A DNA stretch of 64,000 bases, taken from assembly GCF_002087085.1 (NCBI RefSeq), contig NZ_MWQY01000001.1, positions 186,001-250,000 of the forward strand, in the 5' to 3' direction. The translations under genes were made by a program, and so were the position numbers. A model generated the notes under the pieces. It ran no database searches and was not told the origin of the DNA. It saw only the letters and a program-made list of their open reading frames with translations. Shown in pieces: positions 1 to 10,111 of this stretch; position 1 is the first letter of the stretch, and each line of letters starts with the position of its first letter.

Positions 1-431
1 ATGAGGCCGCTCTGAACCACAGTCCTTACCTTCTCTACGGAAGGGTATCCCCTGCGGTAGAGGGCAACGCCGAGTTTTCGTTTCGCCCTATCCGCTGCCT
101 GAAGCATTCGTTCACAGGATCCGGAGCCCGGTGCCATGGGGTGCTCGACGAGAACATGCTTTCCCGCTTCCAGCGCGCCCAGGGCCTGCTCCTCGTGGAG
201 CTCCGTGGGAGTGGCGATATACACCGCATCGATGTCGCCGCTCTCGACAAGTTCGCTGAAACTTTCCACGTAGCGTCCCTTGCCGTGGCGGATGACGAAC
301 TCCTCTCCCTCTTCGCGGTTCCGCCGGTGAACCAGCTCCAGGGATGAGTGTGCCACGAGATACAGGGGAGGCCCCGACATGTTTTCGCAGACATGACCGG
401 CTCCGACGACGCCCCAGCGAACATGTTCCAT
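1..431 (-). CDS. Gfo/Idh/MocA family oxidoreductase, runs off the left edge; not in the ORF track
   Basis: Translated by hand from ATG at 431: MEHVRWGVVGAGHVC...SGDIDAVYIATPTELHEEQALGALEAGKHVLVEHPMA. Has a Rossmann GxGxxG-like motif and the DAVYIATP and GKHVLVExP signatures. Confidence 0.9.
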   Translation of the reverse strand, partial: MEHVRWGVVGAGHVCENMSGPPLYLVAHSSLELVHRRNREEGEEFVIRHGKGRYVESFSELVESGDIDAVYIATPTELHEEQALGALEAGKHVLVEHPMAPGSGSCERMLQAADRAKRKLGVALYRRGYPSVEKVRTVVQSGL

Positions 432-533
432 AGAATAAGGCTACCATGGAACAGGGGAGTTGTCGACACAATCCGGACCGACAGCTGAAAGCGGCTTGCC
501 CTTTACGGTAAATTACGGCATCCTTGAAGCGGT

Positions 534-1592
534 ATGGAAAACCGAACAATTCTGCTGCTGATCCTCACAGGGGCCCTGATCCTGTTTGCCTATATTACGC
601 GCTTCTTTTTCGTTCCCATTGTTGTGGCCCTGACGATCGCCAATCTTTTTTATCCCCTCCATGAAAGGATAGTCCGCTCTCTTAAGGGGCGCCGCGGTGC
701 GGCTTCGTTTTTTACAACCTTTCTGATATTCCTGGTTGTGGCTGTCCCCGTCTATCTTGTGGCCCAGCTTCTGGTCGTGCAGGCCCTGGATCTCTACAGT
801 TTTCTGCGTGCTTATCTCAAGGACCCGGGAATCGAGGGCCTGATAGGGCAGATCAAGGGCCTTACCATTCTGCAGCGCTTCGATCTGCCCAGGGTAGACT
901 GGGCTTCCGTGGCCAGCCGGAGCCTTTCCCAGACAGCCTCCTTTGTGTCGGATCTTATAAACAGGACCTCCGCGGGCATCCTCTCCGGGATAGCGGATAC
1001 CTTCGTAATCTTCTTTTCCCTCTTCTTCTTTTTCAAGGACGGCCCGACCATGCTGGAGGGGTTGAAAACGGCTCTGCCCCTGGAACCCCGGCATGTTGAA
1101 CGGCTGGCGGGGGAGTTCCGCCGGACCAGCAAAGCGGCGGTTTCCGCAACGGTAATAATCGGGCTCATTCAGGGATTCATCGGCTCCCTGACCTTTCTGT
1201 TTGTCGGTATCAAGGCCTGGCTGCTCTGGGGAGTCATCATGACGATTCTCTCCATCGTGCCCCTGGTGGGCTCCTACCTTATCATGGTGCCCGGAGCCCT
1301 GATACTGCTCGCCCAGGGCAGGGTCTGGGCCGCGGTCTTCGTGCTCTTCATGGCAAGCGCAGTCTCCTACGGAGCCGATTACCTGCTGCGTCCGCGCCTG
1401 GTGGGACGGGACGCCAGGCTGCACGATCTGCTTGTGTTTGTCGCTTCCCTTGGGGGGCTCGCGGTCTTCGGGCTTATGGGATTCATCGTTGGGCCGGTAG
1501 TGGCCAGCGTCCTGGTGGCCATGCTGAACATCTTTAAAGAGGGCTTTGAGCTTCCCGGCTTGGAAGACGGGGCAGTGGGGGAAGAGGAGTGA
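534..1592 (+). CDS. AI-2E family transporter (PerM/YhhT-like)
   Basis: Multi-TM; FFFFKDG, LSIVPLVG, DYLLRPRLVG and GGLAVFGLMGFIVGP motifs. Confidence 0.9.
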   Translation: MENRTILLLILTGALILFAYITRFFFVPIVVALTIANLFYPLHERIVRSLKGRRGAASFFTTFLIFLVVAVPVYLVAQLLVVQALDLYSFLRAYLKDPGIEGLIGQIKGLTILQRFDLPRVDWASVASRSLSQTASFVSDLINRTSAGILSGIADTFVIFFSLFFFFKDGPTMLEGLKTALPLEPRHVERLAGEFRRTSKAAVSATVIIGLIQGFIGSLTFLFVGIKAWLLWGVIMTILSIVPLVGSYLIMVPGALILLAQGRVWAAVFVLFMASAVSYGADYLLRPRLVGRDARLHDLLVFVASLGGLAVFGLMGFIVGPVVASVLVAMLNIFKEGFELPGLEDGAVGEEE

Positions 1593-2581
1593 TCCCCTGC
1601 GCCATAATCGGGCTCGGGCGTATCGCCTCGCTCCTGGAAGACGATACAAAAAGGGAGAAACCTGCCAGCCACGCCGGTGCTGTCAGCGCCCACCCTGAGA
1701 CCTTTATCGCCGCCGGCATGGACAGCGATCCGGAGCGGAGGGAACTCTTTTCCCGGCGCTGGGGCGACGTGCCGGTCTACGACGACCCCCGGCTGATGCT
1801 GCAGGACAGCTCCCCCGAAATCCTTCACATCTGCACCCACGCGGACTCCCATCTCGATTATCTGGCCCTCGCCCTGGAGTACCGGATACCCGTGGTGGTC
1901 CTGGAAAAGCCGGTAAGCGATTCCCTGGGCAGAGCGAAACGCATGCTGAAGCGTCTTCAGCGCAGCAGTACCAGGGTCGTGGTCAACCATGAACGGCGTT
2001 ACTCCAGGGACTACCTGGCCGCCCGGGAGTGCATCAGGAGTATGCGCTACGGTCCGGTGCGCTCGGTAAACGCCCGGCTCTTTATGGGACGGAACAGGCC
2101 CCTGGAGGCGGTGCTGCTCTATGACGGGACCCACCTTTTCGACATCATCAGTTTTCTCCTGGCAGAACCCATCAGGGGAATCCGACGGCTTCCTGGAATC
2201 CCCCCGGAAAGCAGCAGTATCTTTACCGGGGCCCGCTGCGCTTCGGTTCCCGTCTGTGTAGAGGTTGGCAATCACCGGGACCATGTTGTTTTCGAACTGG
2301 AGTTTTCCTTCGAGGAAGGGCGCCTTCGAATCGGAAACGGGGTCTACGAAGAGTTCGAAAGCCGGGAATCGCCCTGGTACGACGAAATGCGCTCCCTGAT
2401 TCCCGTGGAGACGGAGCTCCCGGAAAAGACCGGTTACTTCAGCGGAATGTTCGAGGATGCCGTCAGGCTGGCAAAGGAACCCGGGGCTGTTCCCCTCTCA
2501 TCCTATGCCGATGGTCTTGAATCCCTGAGGATTGTGGAACTTATTCGCCGGAGAATGAGATTTACATCTTTTTGGAGATAA
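1589..2581 (+). CDS. Gfo/Idh/MocA family oxidoreductase
   Basis: IIGLGRIA, VLEKPV, VVNHERRY and DGTHLFD motifs; GTGA overlap with the upstream gene. Confidence 0.88.
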   Translation: MIPCAIIGLGRIASLLEDDTKREKPASHAGAVSAHPETFIAAGMDSDPERRELFSRRWGDVPVYDDPRLMLQDSSPEILHICTHADSHLDYLALALEYRIPVVVLEKPVSDSLGRAKRMLKRLQRSSTRVVVNHERRYSRDYLAARECIRSMRYGPVRSVNARLFMGRNRPLEAVLLYDGTHLFDIISFLLAEPIRGIRRLPGIPPESSSIFTGARCASVPVCVEVGNHRDHVVFELEFSFEEGRLRIGNGVYEEFESRESPWYDEMRSLIPVETELPEKTGYFSGMFEDAVRLAKEPGAVPLSSYADGLESLRIVELIRRRMRFTSFWR

Positions 2582-2665
2582 TAAACATAAAGTCCCCTGA
2601 TGCAGTTGAATAAAATCCTGACGGCGGGTAGTATTTTCAGCAAAGATCTATATTCGAGGAACTGT

Positions 2666-4462
2666 ATGCAAAAGTCGTCCCTGTTATTCAGACTGAGTCT
2701 GGCCTTCGTTATCATAATGATGATTTTTATTCTGGTCGTCGGTTTTATGCTGTTCTCCAACAGTCGGAACCTCAAAGCCCTGAATAAAGTGGAAAGCGAG
2801 TATCTTTCCGCTACATTTAACCTGATGGAAATCGAAAAACAGATCCTCTTTATTGAGAGCAGGTTTACCAGAGTCGCCGCGGAGGGCTCTGCGGCGGACA
2901 GCACAGACTTTGACCGGGCGGAAGAGGGCAGAAATACTGTCGAGGAGCTGATTTCCGGACTCGCAGATCAGTACCACCGGCGGGGAGAGGAGGAGCTGGT
3001 CCGGGAACTGGAGCTTATGGCTGATTCCTTCGGGGTCTTTTACCGGACAGGACTGAACATGGCAAAGCGCAGCCAGTCCATGGGGAACTCAGGAACGAAT
3101 CCCTACAGCAGGGATTTTCATGATTTTTCCTCCGGTTTTATCGAGGAAATCGATACCCTGGTTATGGAACATCAGGCTGAACTGAAGGAGGCGATACTCG
3201 TTCTGGAACAGCGCTTTGGGCTTGTAAACCGGGTCGCCCTGATGGGAGCCGGGCTGGCACTTCTGTTCTCGATGGTAATCTTCCTGGTAATAATGCGGGC
3301 CGTCAAGGTACCGGTTTCGGAACTGAACCGGGCCGCCCGTTCCCTGGAAGCGGGGAATCTCGCCGATCCCCCCCGCTACGAAAAGTCTGATGAACTGGGG
3401 GAAGTCTGCCGCTCCCTTTCCAGTGCCCTGAAAGGGATGGATGGACTCGTGGTGGGGATACGCTCCATGGTGGGTGAGCTCTCCGGCCGTATGGATGAAC
3501 TGGCTGCGAATACCGGTGAAACCTCTGCGGCGGTTACCGAGATTTCCGGAACCATCAGTTCGATGCTCGAGCAGGTTCATCTGCTCGATTCGGATATCGA
3601 AACCTCGGCAGACTCGGTGGATCAGATCGCCGGTATCGTCGACCGCTTCGGAGAACTCGTTGACTCCCTGGCCGCGGTGGTGGAACAGTCCTCGGCGGCG
3701 GTGAACCAGACCATTGCCCAGATCCGTTCGGTAAGTTCCATCGCGGAAAAGCGCATCTCCTCAAGCCGGGAGATGAACAGGGCCCTGGAAGACGGAGAGC
3801 AGAAGATACTTGCAACGGACTCAGTTGTGCGCCAGGTAGCCGAAAGTGTCTCGCAGATTCAGCAGATGCTGGAACTCATCAACCGCATATCCGCCCAGAC
3901 CAACCTTTTATCCATGAATGCCGCCATCGAGGCTGCTCATGCAGGGGATGCCGGACGGGGATTTTCGGTGGTCGCCTCGGAGATCCGCAATCTGGCGGAA
4001 GAGTCGGGAAACAATGCAAAGAATATATCCAATGCCCTGAAGGAGATTATCCTGCGCATTCAGGAGGCCTCCGAAACCAGTAGGATATCATTGGAAACCT
4101 TTGCCTCCGGCAAGGGGACGGCCGAGGAGGTGGGCAGCGCCTTTGGAGAGATAACCGCTGCCATGAGTGAGATGTCCTCGGGAAGTGAACAGGTCCTCTC
4201 CGCCCTCGGTCGTCTTAACGAGTTGTCCGGAACAGTAACGAGCGGGTCCGGCGAGATTGATGAAAGTACGAAGACCTTTTCCGCCGCCATGACCCGTCTG
4301 CGGCAGATATCCAGTCAGACCAGGAGCGGTATGGAGGAGATGAAGATCAGCGCGGAGGAAATAAACAGGGCCATGGCAGATGTCAGCCAGCTCTCCGAAG
4401 CGGTCGGGTCCGCTGTGGCCGGGGTGGACCGGGAGATAGGAAAATTCTCCACCAGCGAATAG
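2666..4462 (+). CDS. Methyl-accepting chemotaxis protein (TM-periplasmic-TM-HAMP-MCP signal)
   Basis: Two TMs, HAMP (DELGEV) and [35 protein letters not shown]. Start could be 2600 or 2666. Confidence 0.95.
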   Translation: MQKSSLLFRLSLAFVIIMMIFILVVGFMLFSNSRNLKALNKVESEYLSATFNLMEIEKQILFIESRFTRVAAEGSAADSTDFDRAEEGRNTVEELISGLADQYHRRGEEELVRELELMADSFGVFYRTGLNMAKRSQSMGNSGTNPYSRDFHDFSSGFIEEIDTLVMEHQAELKEAILVLEQRFGLVNRVALMGAGLALLFSMVIFLVIMRAVKVPVSELNRAARSLEAGNLADPPRYEKSDELGEVCRSLSSALKGMDGLVVGIRSMVGELSGRMDELAANTGETSAAVTEISGTISSMLEQVHLLDSDIETSADSVDQIAGIVDRFGELVDSLAAVVEQSSAAVNQTIAQIRSVSSIAEKRISSSREMNRALEDGEQKILATDSVVRQVAESVSQIQQMLELINRISAQTNLLSMNAAIEAAHAGDAGRGFSVVASEIRNLAEESGNNAKNISNALKEIILRIQEASETSRISLETFASGKGTAEEVGSAFGEITAAMSEMSSGSEQVLSALGRLNELSGTVTSGSGEIDESTKTFSAAMTRLRQISSQTRSGMEEMKISAEEINRAMADVSQLSEAVGSAVAGVDREIGKFSTSE

Positions 4463-4524
4463 GCCGGGCAGTCCGGAATCAACCCTTGTCTTTTTCTTTC
4501 CCCCCGGAGTAGTCTGGTAAGGAT

Positions 4525-6378
4525 ATGGCTTCTTTTGATGAGCGTACCGACCTTAGTGCCCCGGCGTATTCCCTTACGGATTCCATCCTCGGACGGGTAC
4601 GGGGGGCTGCAAGAAAAGAACGATGGGGAAGGACCTTTCTGCAGATTGCCTGGACCGCGGGGCCCGTAACCTACCTTGCCCTGCAGGGGGGCTACTACAT
4701 CGGCTACGGCAAGTCGGCGCCTATCCAGGTATTTTTCTACTTTGCCGGCTATACGGTAATCGCCGCCGTCTTTGCCTTGGCGGTGCGCTTTCTCTACAAC
4801 ATGACCAGGGGGAGCGAAAAGGACGCCGACCGTCTCAGTCTTCAGCGGGTTTTTGATCTGCTGCCGGACCGCATCATCGAGGTTCGGGATCTGCAGCTCT
4901 CGGGGCTGGACCCTTTCGGCAGAAAAGTTCTGGGTGCCAAGTACCTGCTGGAGAACCCGGATGCCGGCGCGGAGGCGGCGGCCACGGCCCTGATGGATCT
5001 GACCGGGGACAAGGAGATAGCCGCGGCCATGCGGGATGTGGAGGTTTACCGCCGCTATGGTCTGATGGTCCGGGCCCAGGAAAAGAGTACCGTTCTTAAA
5101 GAGCACCTCGAACAGTATCGTGATTTTCTCGCTTCCACCTCCGAGGAGGTCTCAAAACTTGTCTGGCTCAGGGCCGCAGGGATGGGGCCCTCCCGACGAC
5201 TCGGCCGGACCAGGACCCGGGGTTTTATCGGACGGGTTCTCGCCGCCGCCGAGGCGGACAACCTGAATCTGATGAGCCTGGTGGACGTGGAAGAGGTCTG
5301 CATACTTGTGTTCGAGATGATCTGCGGACGCCGCTATCCCTATTTCAAACTTCGTTACTACGGTGACAAGGCCTATACCGAAGCCGCCCGGCGGCTTTCC
5401 CATACCCGCAGGGAGTACCGGGCTTCCGTATTTGTACGAAACAGCCGGATTCGGGTCCTGGCGGAGCGGCTCTATGCCGCCTCGGATGAGAAAAAGGAGG
5501 GCATCCGGGGAGAGGCGAAAAAAGGGAGAAAAGCCATACGCCGTGTTCTGGCATCCTTTACCCAGATTCGCTCCGCCAGGATCCTGCAGGAGATGATAAC
5601 CGAGGAGATGGACAGGCTCGTAAGGAACTTTAATCCGGAAAAAAGCGGAAAATCCGAAATCCGACGGATGCGCACCCTGGTGGAGCTTTATCGTCAGCTG
5701 CGGCGATCCGCTTCGAGGGTGGAGAAAAACTACCAGGCCTTCAAAGGGGCCTGGGAACGCTATGCCCGGGTTCTGGAAGGACGCAACAGCCAGGTGCCGG
5801 TGAGACTGATTAAACCCGGAGAATCCGGATGGGGGGTTGGTCTGCATCTGCGGAGCATCGGTCTGGGGCCCCGGGAGACCCTGCCGGCAGCACGGCTCAT
5901 AGAGGAGCGCCTCGAGGAGTTCAGCCTGGAACATGAGGAGAGCAATATAAAAGCCAACGATCAGAAGGAACTCGCCGTATCCCTCCTGCAGATACTGGAG
6001 AGGTTCATACCCCTGGGGGAAACCCAGGTACAGCGGGCAATCGAGAGCACCAACTCAGCCTATCTGACGAATCTGAAACGGGAACTGTCCCACGCCGCCA
6101 GGGAGTCCTGGGGACTCTCCCTGGTTTCCGGCGTTGCCAGCCCGGTGAGGGAGAGCATTCATGAGACCCTCCGGGGACTGATTGAATTTGATCGTCTGCA
6201 GGTCAGGGAAGAGGATATCCCTTATCTTGTTGAACGCTTCAGCGCGGATCCGGAGTACCTGAAAGGGCTGCTTTTTGAAGGTCCCGGGGGCTGGATGCCG
6301 GTATTCGATCTTCCCGAACCGCCTCCGGTACCCCCGCTTCCGGATTATCCTTCAAAGGCTGTCCGTAAAAGCTCCTGA
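4525..6378 (+). CDS. Hypothetical membrane protein (two N-terminal TMs, large basic helical region)
   Basis: 617-aa ORF filling the gap between genes; no recognised motif; 3' end overlaps convergent yejF. Confidence 0.75.
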   Translation: MASFDERTDLSAPAYSLTDSILGRVRGAARKERWGRTFLQIAWTAGPVTYLALQGGYYIGYGKSAPIQVFFYFAGYTVIAAVFALAVRFLYNMTRGSEKDADRLSLQRVFDLLPDRIIEVRDLQLSGLDPFGRKVLGAKYLLENPDAGAEAAATALMDLTGDKEIAAAMRDVEVYRRYGLMVRAQEKSTVLKEHLEQYRDFLASTSEEVSKLVWLRAAGMGPSRRLGRTRTRGFIGRVLAAAEADNLNLMSLVDVEEVCILVFEMICGRRYPYFKLRYYGDKAYTEAARRLSHTRREYRASVFVRNSRIRVLAERLYAASDEKKEGIRGEAKKGRKAIRRVLASFTQIRSARILQEMITEEMDRLVRNFNPEKSGKSEIRRMRTLVELYRQLRRSASRVEKNYQAFKGAWERYARVLEGRNSQVPVRLIKPGESGWGVGLHLRSIGLGPRETLPAARLIEERLEEFSLEHEESNIKANDQKELAVSLLQILERFIPLGETQVQRAIESTNSAYLTNLKRELSHAARESWGLSLVSGVASPVRESIHETLRGLIEFDRLQVREEDIPYLVERFSADPEYLKGLLFEGPGGWMPVFDLPEPPPVPPLPDYPSKAVRKSS

Positions 6379-7952
6379 GTGTAGGGATGCTCCGGGGAGC
6401 TGAAGACCTTACGGGCTTCCCCTTCTTCGACAATTCTGCCGGCCTTCATGATGACTATGTAATGGCACAATGATCGAACGACCTTAAGGTCGTGACTGAT
6501 GAAAACATAAGTCAGCCCGTGGCGTGCCTGAAGTTCCTTGAGAAGTTCCATGACCTGGAACTGGATCGAGCGGTCCAGGGAGGATGTGGGCTCATCGAGG
6601 ATGATAAAGTCCGGCTTCAGCACCAAAGCCCTGGCCAGGGCGATGCGCTGTCGCTGCCCCCCGGAGAACTCGTTGGGGTAGCGGAAACGGGTTTCCGGGT
6701 CAAGGCCCACCTCGTGCATGGCGGCAATGATCTGTTTTTCCCGTTCCTCCCGCTTCAGGTCCGTGTGGACCTCCAGGCCTTCGCCTATTATATCCTCAAC
6801 GCTCATCCGGGGGCTCAAGGAGCCGTAGGGATCCTGGAAGATAATCTGCATGCTGCGCCGGAAGGGGCGGAAATCCTTCTCCCGGATTCCGGCAAGGCTT
6901 GACCCCTTGAAGGTTATTTCCCCCTGACTCCCCGTCAGCCGAAGGACCGCCCTGCCGAGGGTGGTCTTGCCGGAGCCGCTCTCTCCCACTACTCCCAGGG
7001 TCTGCCCCCTGCGCACGGTGACGGTGACCCCGTCGACGGCTTTTACGTGGTCCACGGTACGGCGCAACAGACCCTTCTGAATGGGGAACCAGACCCTGAG
7101 GTCCCTGGTGCTGAGAATGGCCCCGGCATCGGGATCCGGCGCGGGAGGCTCATCGTGGGGTTCCGCCTCGATGAGGCGTCTGGTGTATTCCGCCCGGGGA
7201 GAGGAAAAAAGACTGGCTGTCTCCGCGGTTTCAACAACCTGTCCCTGCTGCATGACAGCGACCCGGTCGGCGATGCGCTGAACGATGGAGAGATCGTGGG
7301 TGATAAAAAGCACCGCTGTATTGAGTTCATCCTTAAGCTTCAGAATCAGGTCGAGGATCTGGGCCTGGATGGTAACGTCCAAAGCTGTGGTGGGTTCGTC
7401 GGCTATAAGGAGTTCGGGCTCGTTTATCAGGGCCATGGCGATCATGACCCGCTGGCGCTCTCCCCCGGAGAGCTCATGGGGAAAGGCCTTGAGCCGTTTT
7501 TCCGGATCCCGGAGTCCCACCTTGTTCAGCCATTCCAGGGCGATGGGCCTGGCCTGTTCGATATTCAGTCCCTGGTGCAGGAAAAGGCTCTCGGCGAGCT
7601 GTTTTTCTATGGAGTGCAGGGGATTCAGAGAGCTCATGGGTTCCTGGAAGATCATGCCGATTTTACCCCCGCGGATAGAGTGCAGGGTCTTCTGGTCCGC
7701 CTTCAGGAGGTCTGTTCCCCGGTAGAGGATTTCCCCCGTGGGATAGGCGACACGTTCATCCGGCAGAAGCCGCAGGATCGAACTTGCCGTGACGGTTTTA
7801 CCAGAGCCGCTCTCTCCCACCAAAGCCAGGACCTCGTTGGGACGGATTTCGATCTCCGCATTATGGACCACCCGGTTCAGTTCTTCGCCCTTTCTGAAGG
7901 CGAGACTCATGTTGCGGATATGTACAAGATTCTCCATGGGTTTGTTTTCCAT
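6345..7952 (-). CDS. yejF: Peptide ABC transporter dual ATP-binding protein (YejF-like)
   Basis: Two GESGSGKT Walker A motifs, LSGGERQR and FSGGQRQR signatures; operon context. Confidence 0.9.
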   Translation of the reverse strand: MENKPMENLVHIRNMSLAFRKGEELNRVVHNAEIEIRPNEVLALVGESGSGKTVTASSILRLLPDERVAYPTGEILYRGTDLLKADQKTLHSIRGGKIGMIFQEPMSSLNPLHSIEKQLAESLFLHQGLNIEQARPIALEWLNKVGLRDPEKRLKAFPHELSGGERQRVMIAMALINEPELLIADEPTTALDVTIQAQILDLILKLKDELNTAVLFITHDLSIVQRIADRVAVMQQGQVVETAETASLFSSPRAEYTRRLIEAEPHDEPPAPDPDAGAILSTRDLRVWFPIQKGLLRRTVDHVKAVDGVTVTVRRGQTLGVVGESGSGKTTLGRAVLRLTGSQGEITFKGSSLAGIREKDFRPFRRSMQIIFQDPYGSLSPRMSVEDIIGEGLEVHTDLKREEREKQIIAAMHEVGLDPETRFRYPNEFSGGQRQRIALARALVLKPDFIILDEPTSSLDRSIQFQVMELLKELQARHGLTYVFISHDLKVVRSLCHYIVIMKAGRIVEEGEARKVFSSPEHPYTQELLRTAFEG

Positions 7953-7961
7953 CTTCTGTTC

Positions 7962-8993
7962 CTATCCCGCCCGCCGGGGATCAAAAGCGTCCCGTACCGC
8001 TTCACCGATAAAGACCAGGAGGCTCAGCATTCCCGCGAGCACGAAAAATGCGGAGATTCCCAACCAGGGGGCCTGCAGGTTGGCCTTGCCCTGGGCCAGG
8101 AGTTCACCCAGGGAGGGCGAGCCCACGGGAAGCCCGAATCCGAGAAAATCCAGGGAGGTCAGGGTGGTTACCGCTCCCCCGAGAATGAAGGGCATGAAGG
8201 TAAGGGTCGCCACCATCGCGTTGGGAAGGATATGCCGGAACATGATCTTGCTGTTGGAAAGCCCCATGGCTCTGGCGGCCTGAACGTACTCGAAGTTTCT
8301 GCCCCGTAAGAACTCCGCCCGTACCACCCCCACAAGACTCATCCAGCCGAAGAGCAAAGTAATACCCAGGAGCCACCAGAAGTTGGGTTGTACGACACTG
8401 GCGAGGATTATGAGAAGAAAGAGGGTCGGCATCCCCGACCAGATCTCCATGAAGCGCTGTCCCAGAATGTCCAGGCGGCCTCCGTAGTATCCCATGGCAG
8501 CCCCCACGGCTACACCTATTATGGAGGAACAAATGGTCAGGGTCAGTCCGAAGAGGACGGAGATCCGAAAACCGTAAATAATCCTGGCAACCACATCCCG
8601 CCCCTTGTCGTCGGTGCCCAGCCAGTTATCTCCCGTGGGTGGTGACGGAGCGGGGGATGGCAGGTCGTAGTTGATTGTCTCGTAGCTGTAGGGGATCAGG
8701 GGCCAGAGGATCCAGCCGGACTCCTCTATCAGCTCGATGACATAGGGATCCCGGTAATCTGCGGCCAGTTCGAACTCTCCGCCGAAGGCGGTCTCCGGGT
8801 ACTCCCGGAGTATCGGGAAAAAGATGTGTCCCCGGGAGTAGATCAACAGGGGAGAGTCGTTGGCGATGAGTTCGGCGAAGAGGCTGAGAACAAAGAGTAT
8901 CAGGAATATCCACAGGGAGTACCAGCCCCGTCTGTTGGCCTTGAAGCGCCTGAGCCGTTCCGCAGCAAGGCGGCCGGTAAAGAGCTTTTTCAT
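7962..8993 (-). CDS. yejE: Peptide ABC transporter permease
   Basis: RFKANRRGWYSLWIF, NWLGTDDKGRDVVAR and GEAVRDAFDPR. Confidence 0.92.
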   Translation of the reverse strand: MKKLFTGRLAAERLRRFKANRRGWYSLWIFLILFVLSLFAELIANDSPLLIYSRGHIFFPILREYPETAFGGEFELAADYRDPYVIELIEESGWILWPLIPYSYETINYDLPSPAPSPPTGDNWLGTDDKGRDVVARIIYGFRISVLFGLTLTICSSIIGVAVGAAMGYYGGRLDILGQRFMEIWSGMPTLFLLIILASVVQPNFWWLLGITLLFGWMSLVGVVRAEFLRGRNFEYVQAARAMGLSNSKIMFRHILPNAMVATLTFMPFILGGAVTTLTSLDFLGFGLPVGSPSLGELLAQGKANLQAPWLGISAFFVLAGMLSLLVFIGEAVRDAFDPRRAG

Positions 8994-10102
8994 CAGGCCA
9001 CCTCCCGGCTTTCAAAGTCGATTCGCGGATCCACCAGGGTATAGGTAATATCGGAGATCAGGTTCAGAACGAGCCCCAGAAGGGTGAAAATGTAGAGAGT
9101 GCCGAACATTACCGGGTAGTCCCGCTGCATGGTGGCCTCGAAGCCCAGGAGACCCAGGCCCTCCAGGGAGAAGATCACCTCGATCAGGAGGCTCCCGGTA
9201 AAGAACATGCTGATAAAGGCGGAGGGAAAGCCGGCTATTATCAGGAGCATGGCGTTGCGGAAAACGTGGTTCCGGAGGATGCGCTTTTCCGTGGCCCCCT
9301 TGGCCCGGGCGGTAACCACGTACTGCTTGTTTATCTCGTCCAGAAAGGAGTTCTTGGTCAGCATGGTCAGGGTCGCAAATCCGCCGATCACCAGGGCGGT
9401 AATCGGCAGGGCCAGATGCCAGAAATAGTCGCCGATTTTCCCTAACAGGGAGAGCTCCCGCCAGTTATCGGACAGCAGCCCCCGCAGGGGAAAGATCTTC
9501 AGATAACTTCCCCCGGCAAAGAGGATGATCAGCAGAATGGCGAAGAGGAATACGGGAATCGCGTTTCCCAGGATTACCGCCGTGGAGCTCCAGACGTCGA
9601 AGCGGCTGCCGTGGTTCACGGCCTTGCGAATCCCCAGGGGAATGGAGACAAGGTAGATTATCAGGGTGCTCCAGATTCCCAGGGAGACGGAGACCGGCAT
9701 GCGATCGCCGATGAGGCCGATCACCGTGCGGCCGCGAAAGAGACTCTCCCCGAAGTTGAAGGTGGCGTAATTCTTCAGCATTGTAAGGTAGCGGATGTGA
9801 AGGGGTTTATCGAATCCGAAGCGCTTTTCGATGGCAGCGATTTCCTCAGGGGCCAGACCCCTGGATCCCCGATATCGGGATGTTCCGGACCCTCCTTTTT
9901 CAGCCTCCGGCTCCGCCGTTTCCCTCGCGCCCTGTCCCGAGATGCGTTCCATCGTCATATTGCTTTCGATTCCGCTCATCCTGGCGATAGCCTGTTCCAC
10001 CGGGCCGCCGGGTGCAATCTGCACTATGAAAAAGTTTATGGTGATGATCGCCCACAGGGTCGGGATTATCAAGATCAGCCTTCGCAGGATATAATTTCCC
10101 AT
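8993..10102 (-). CDS. yejB: Peptide ABC transporter permease
   Basis: YILRRL...[21 protein letters not shown] and DPRIDFE. Confidence 0.92.
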   Translation of the reverse strand: MGNYILRRLILIIPTLWAIITINFFIVQIAPGGPVEQAIARMSGIESNMTMERISGQGARETAEPEAEKGGSGTSRYRGSRGLAPEEIAAIEKRFGFDKPLHIRYLTMLKNYATFNFGESLFRGRTVIGLIGDRMPVSVSLGIWSTLIIYLVSIPLGIRKAVNHGSRFDVWSSTAVILGNAIPVFLFAILLIILFAGGSYLKIFPLRGLLSDNWRELSLLGKIGDYFWHLALPITALVIGGFATLTMLTKNSFLDEINKQYVVTARAKGATEKRILRNHVFRNAMLLIIAGFPSAFISMFFTGSLLIEVIFSLEGLGLLGFEATMQRDYPVMFGTLYIFTLLGLVLNLISDITYTLVDPRIDFESREVA

Positions 10103-10111
10103 CTGAATCCC

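Noticed and set aside
35..549. Track ORFs 35..469 (-), 112..549 (-) and 141..347 (+)
   Set aside because: Alternate-frame or antisense shadows of the real minus-strand oxidoreductase starting at 431.
513..2284. Long minus-strand ORFs 513..1649 and 1379..2284
   Set aside because: Antisense shadows of motif-supported plus-strand genes.
7047..8309. 420-aa plus-strand ORF
   Set aside because: Typical antisense frame of GC-rich ABC genes (yejF/yejE).
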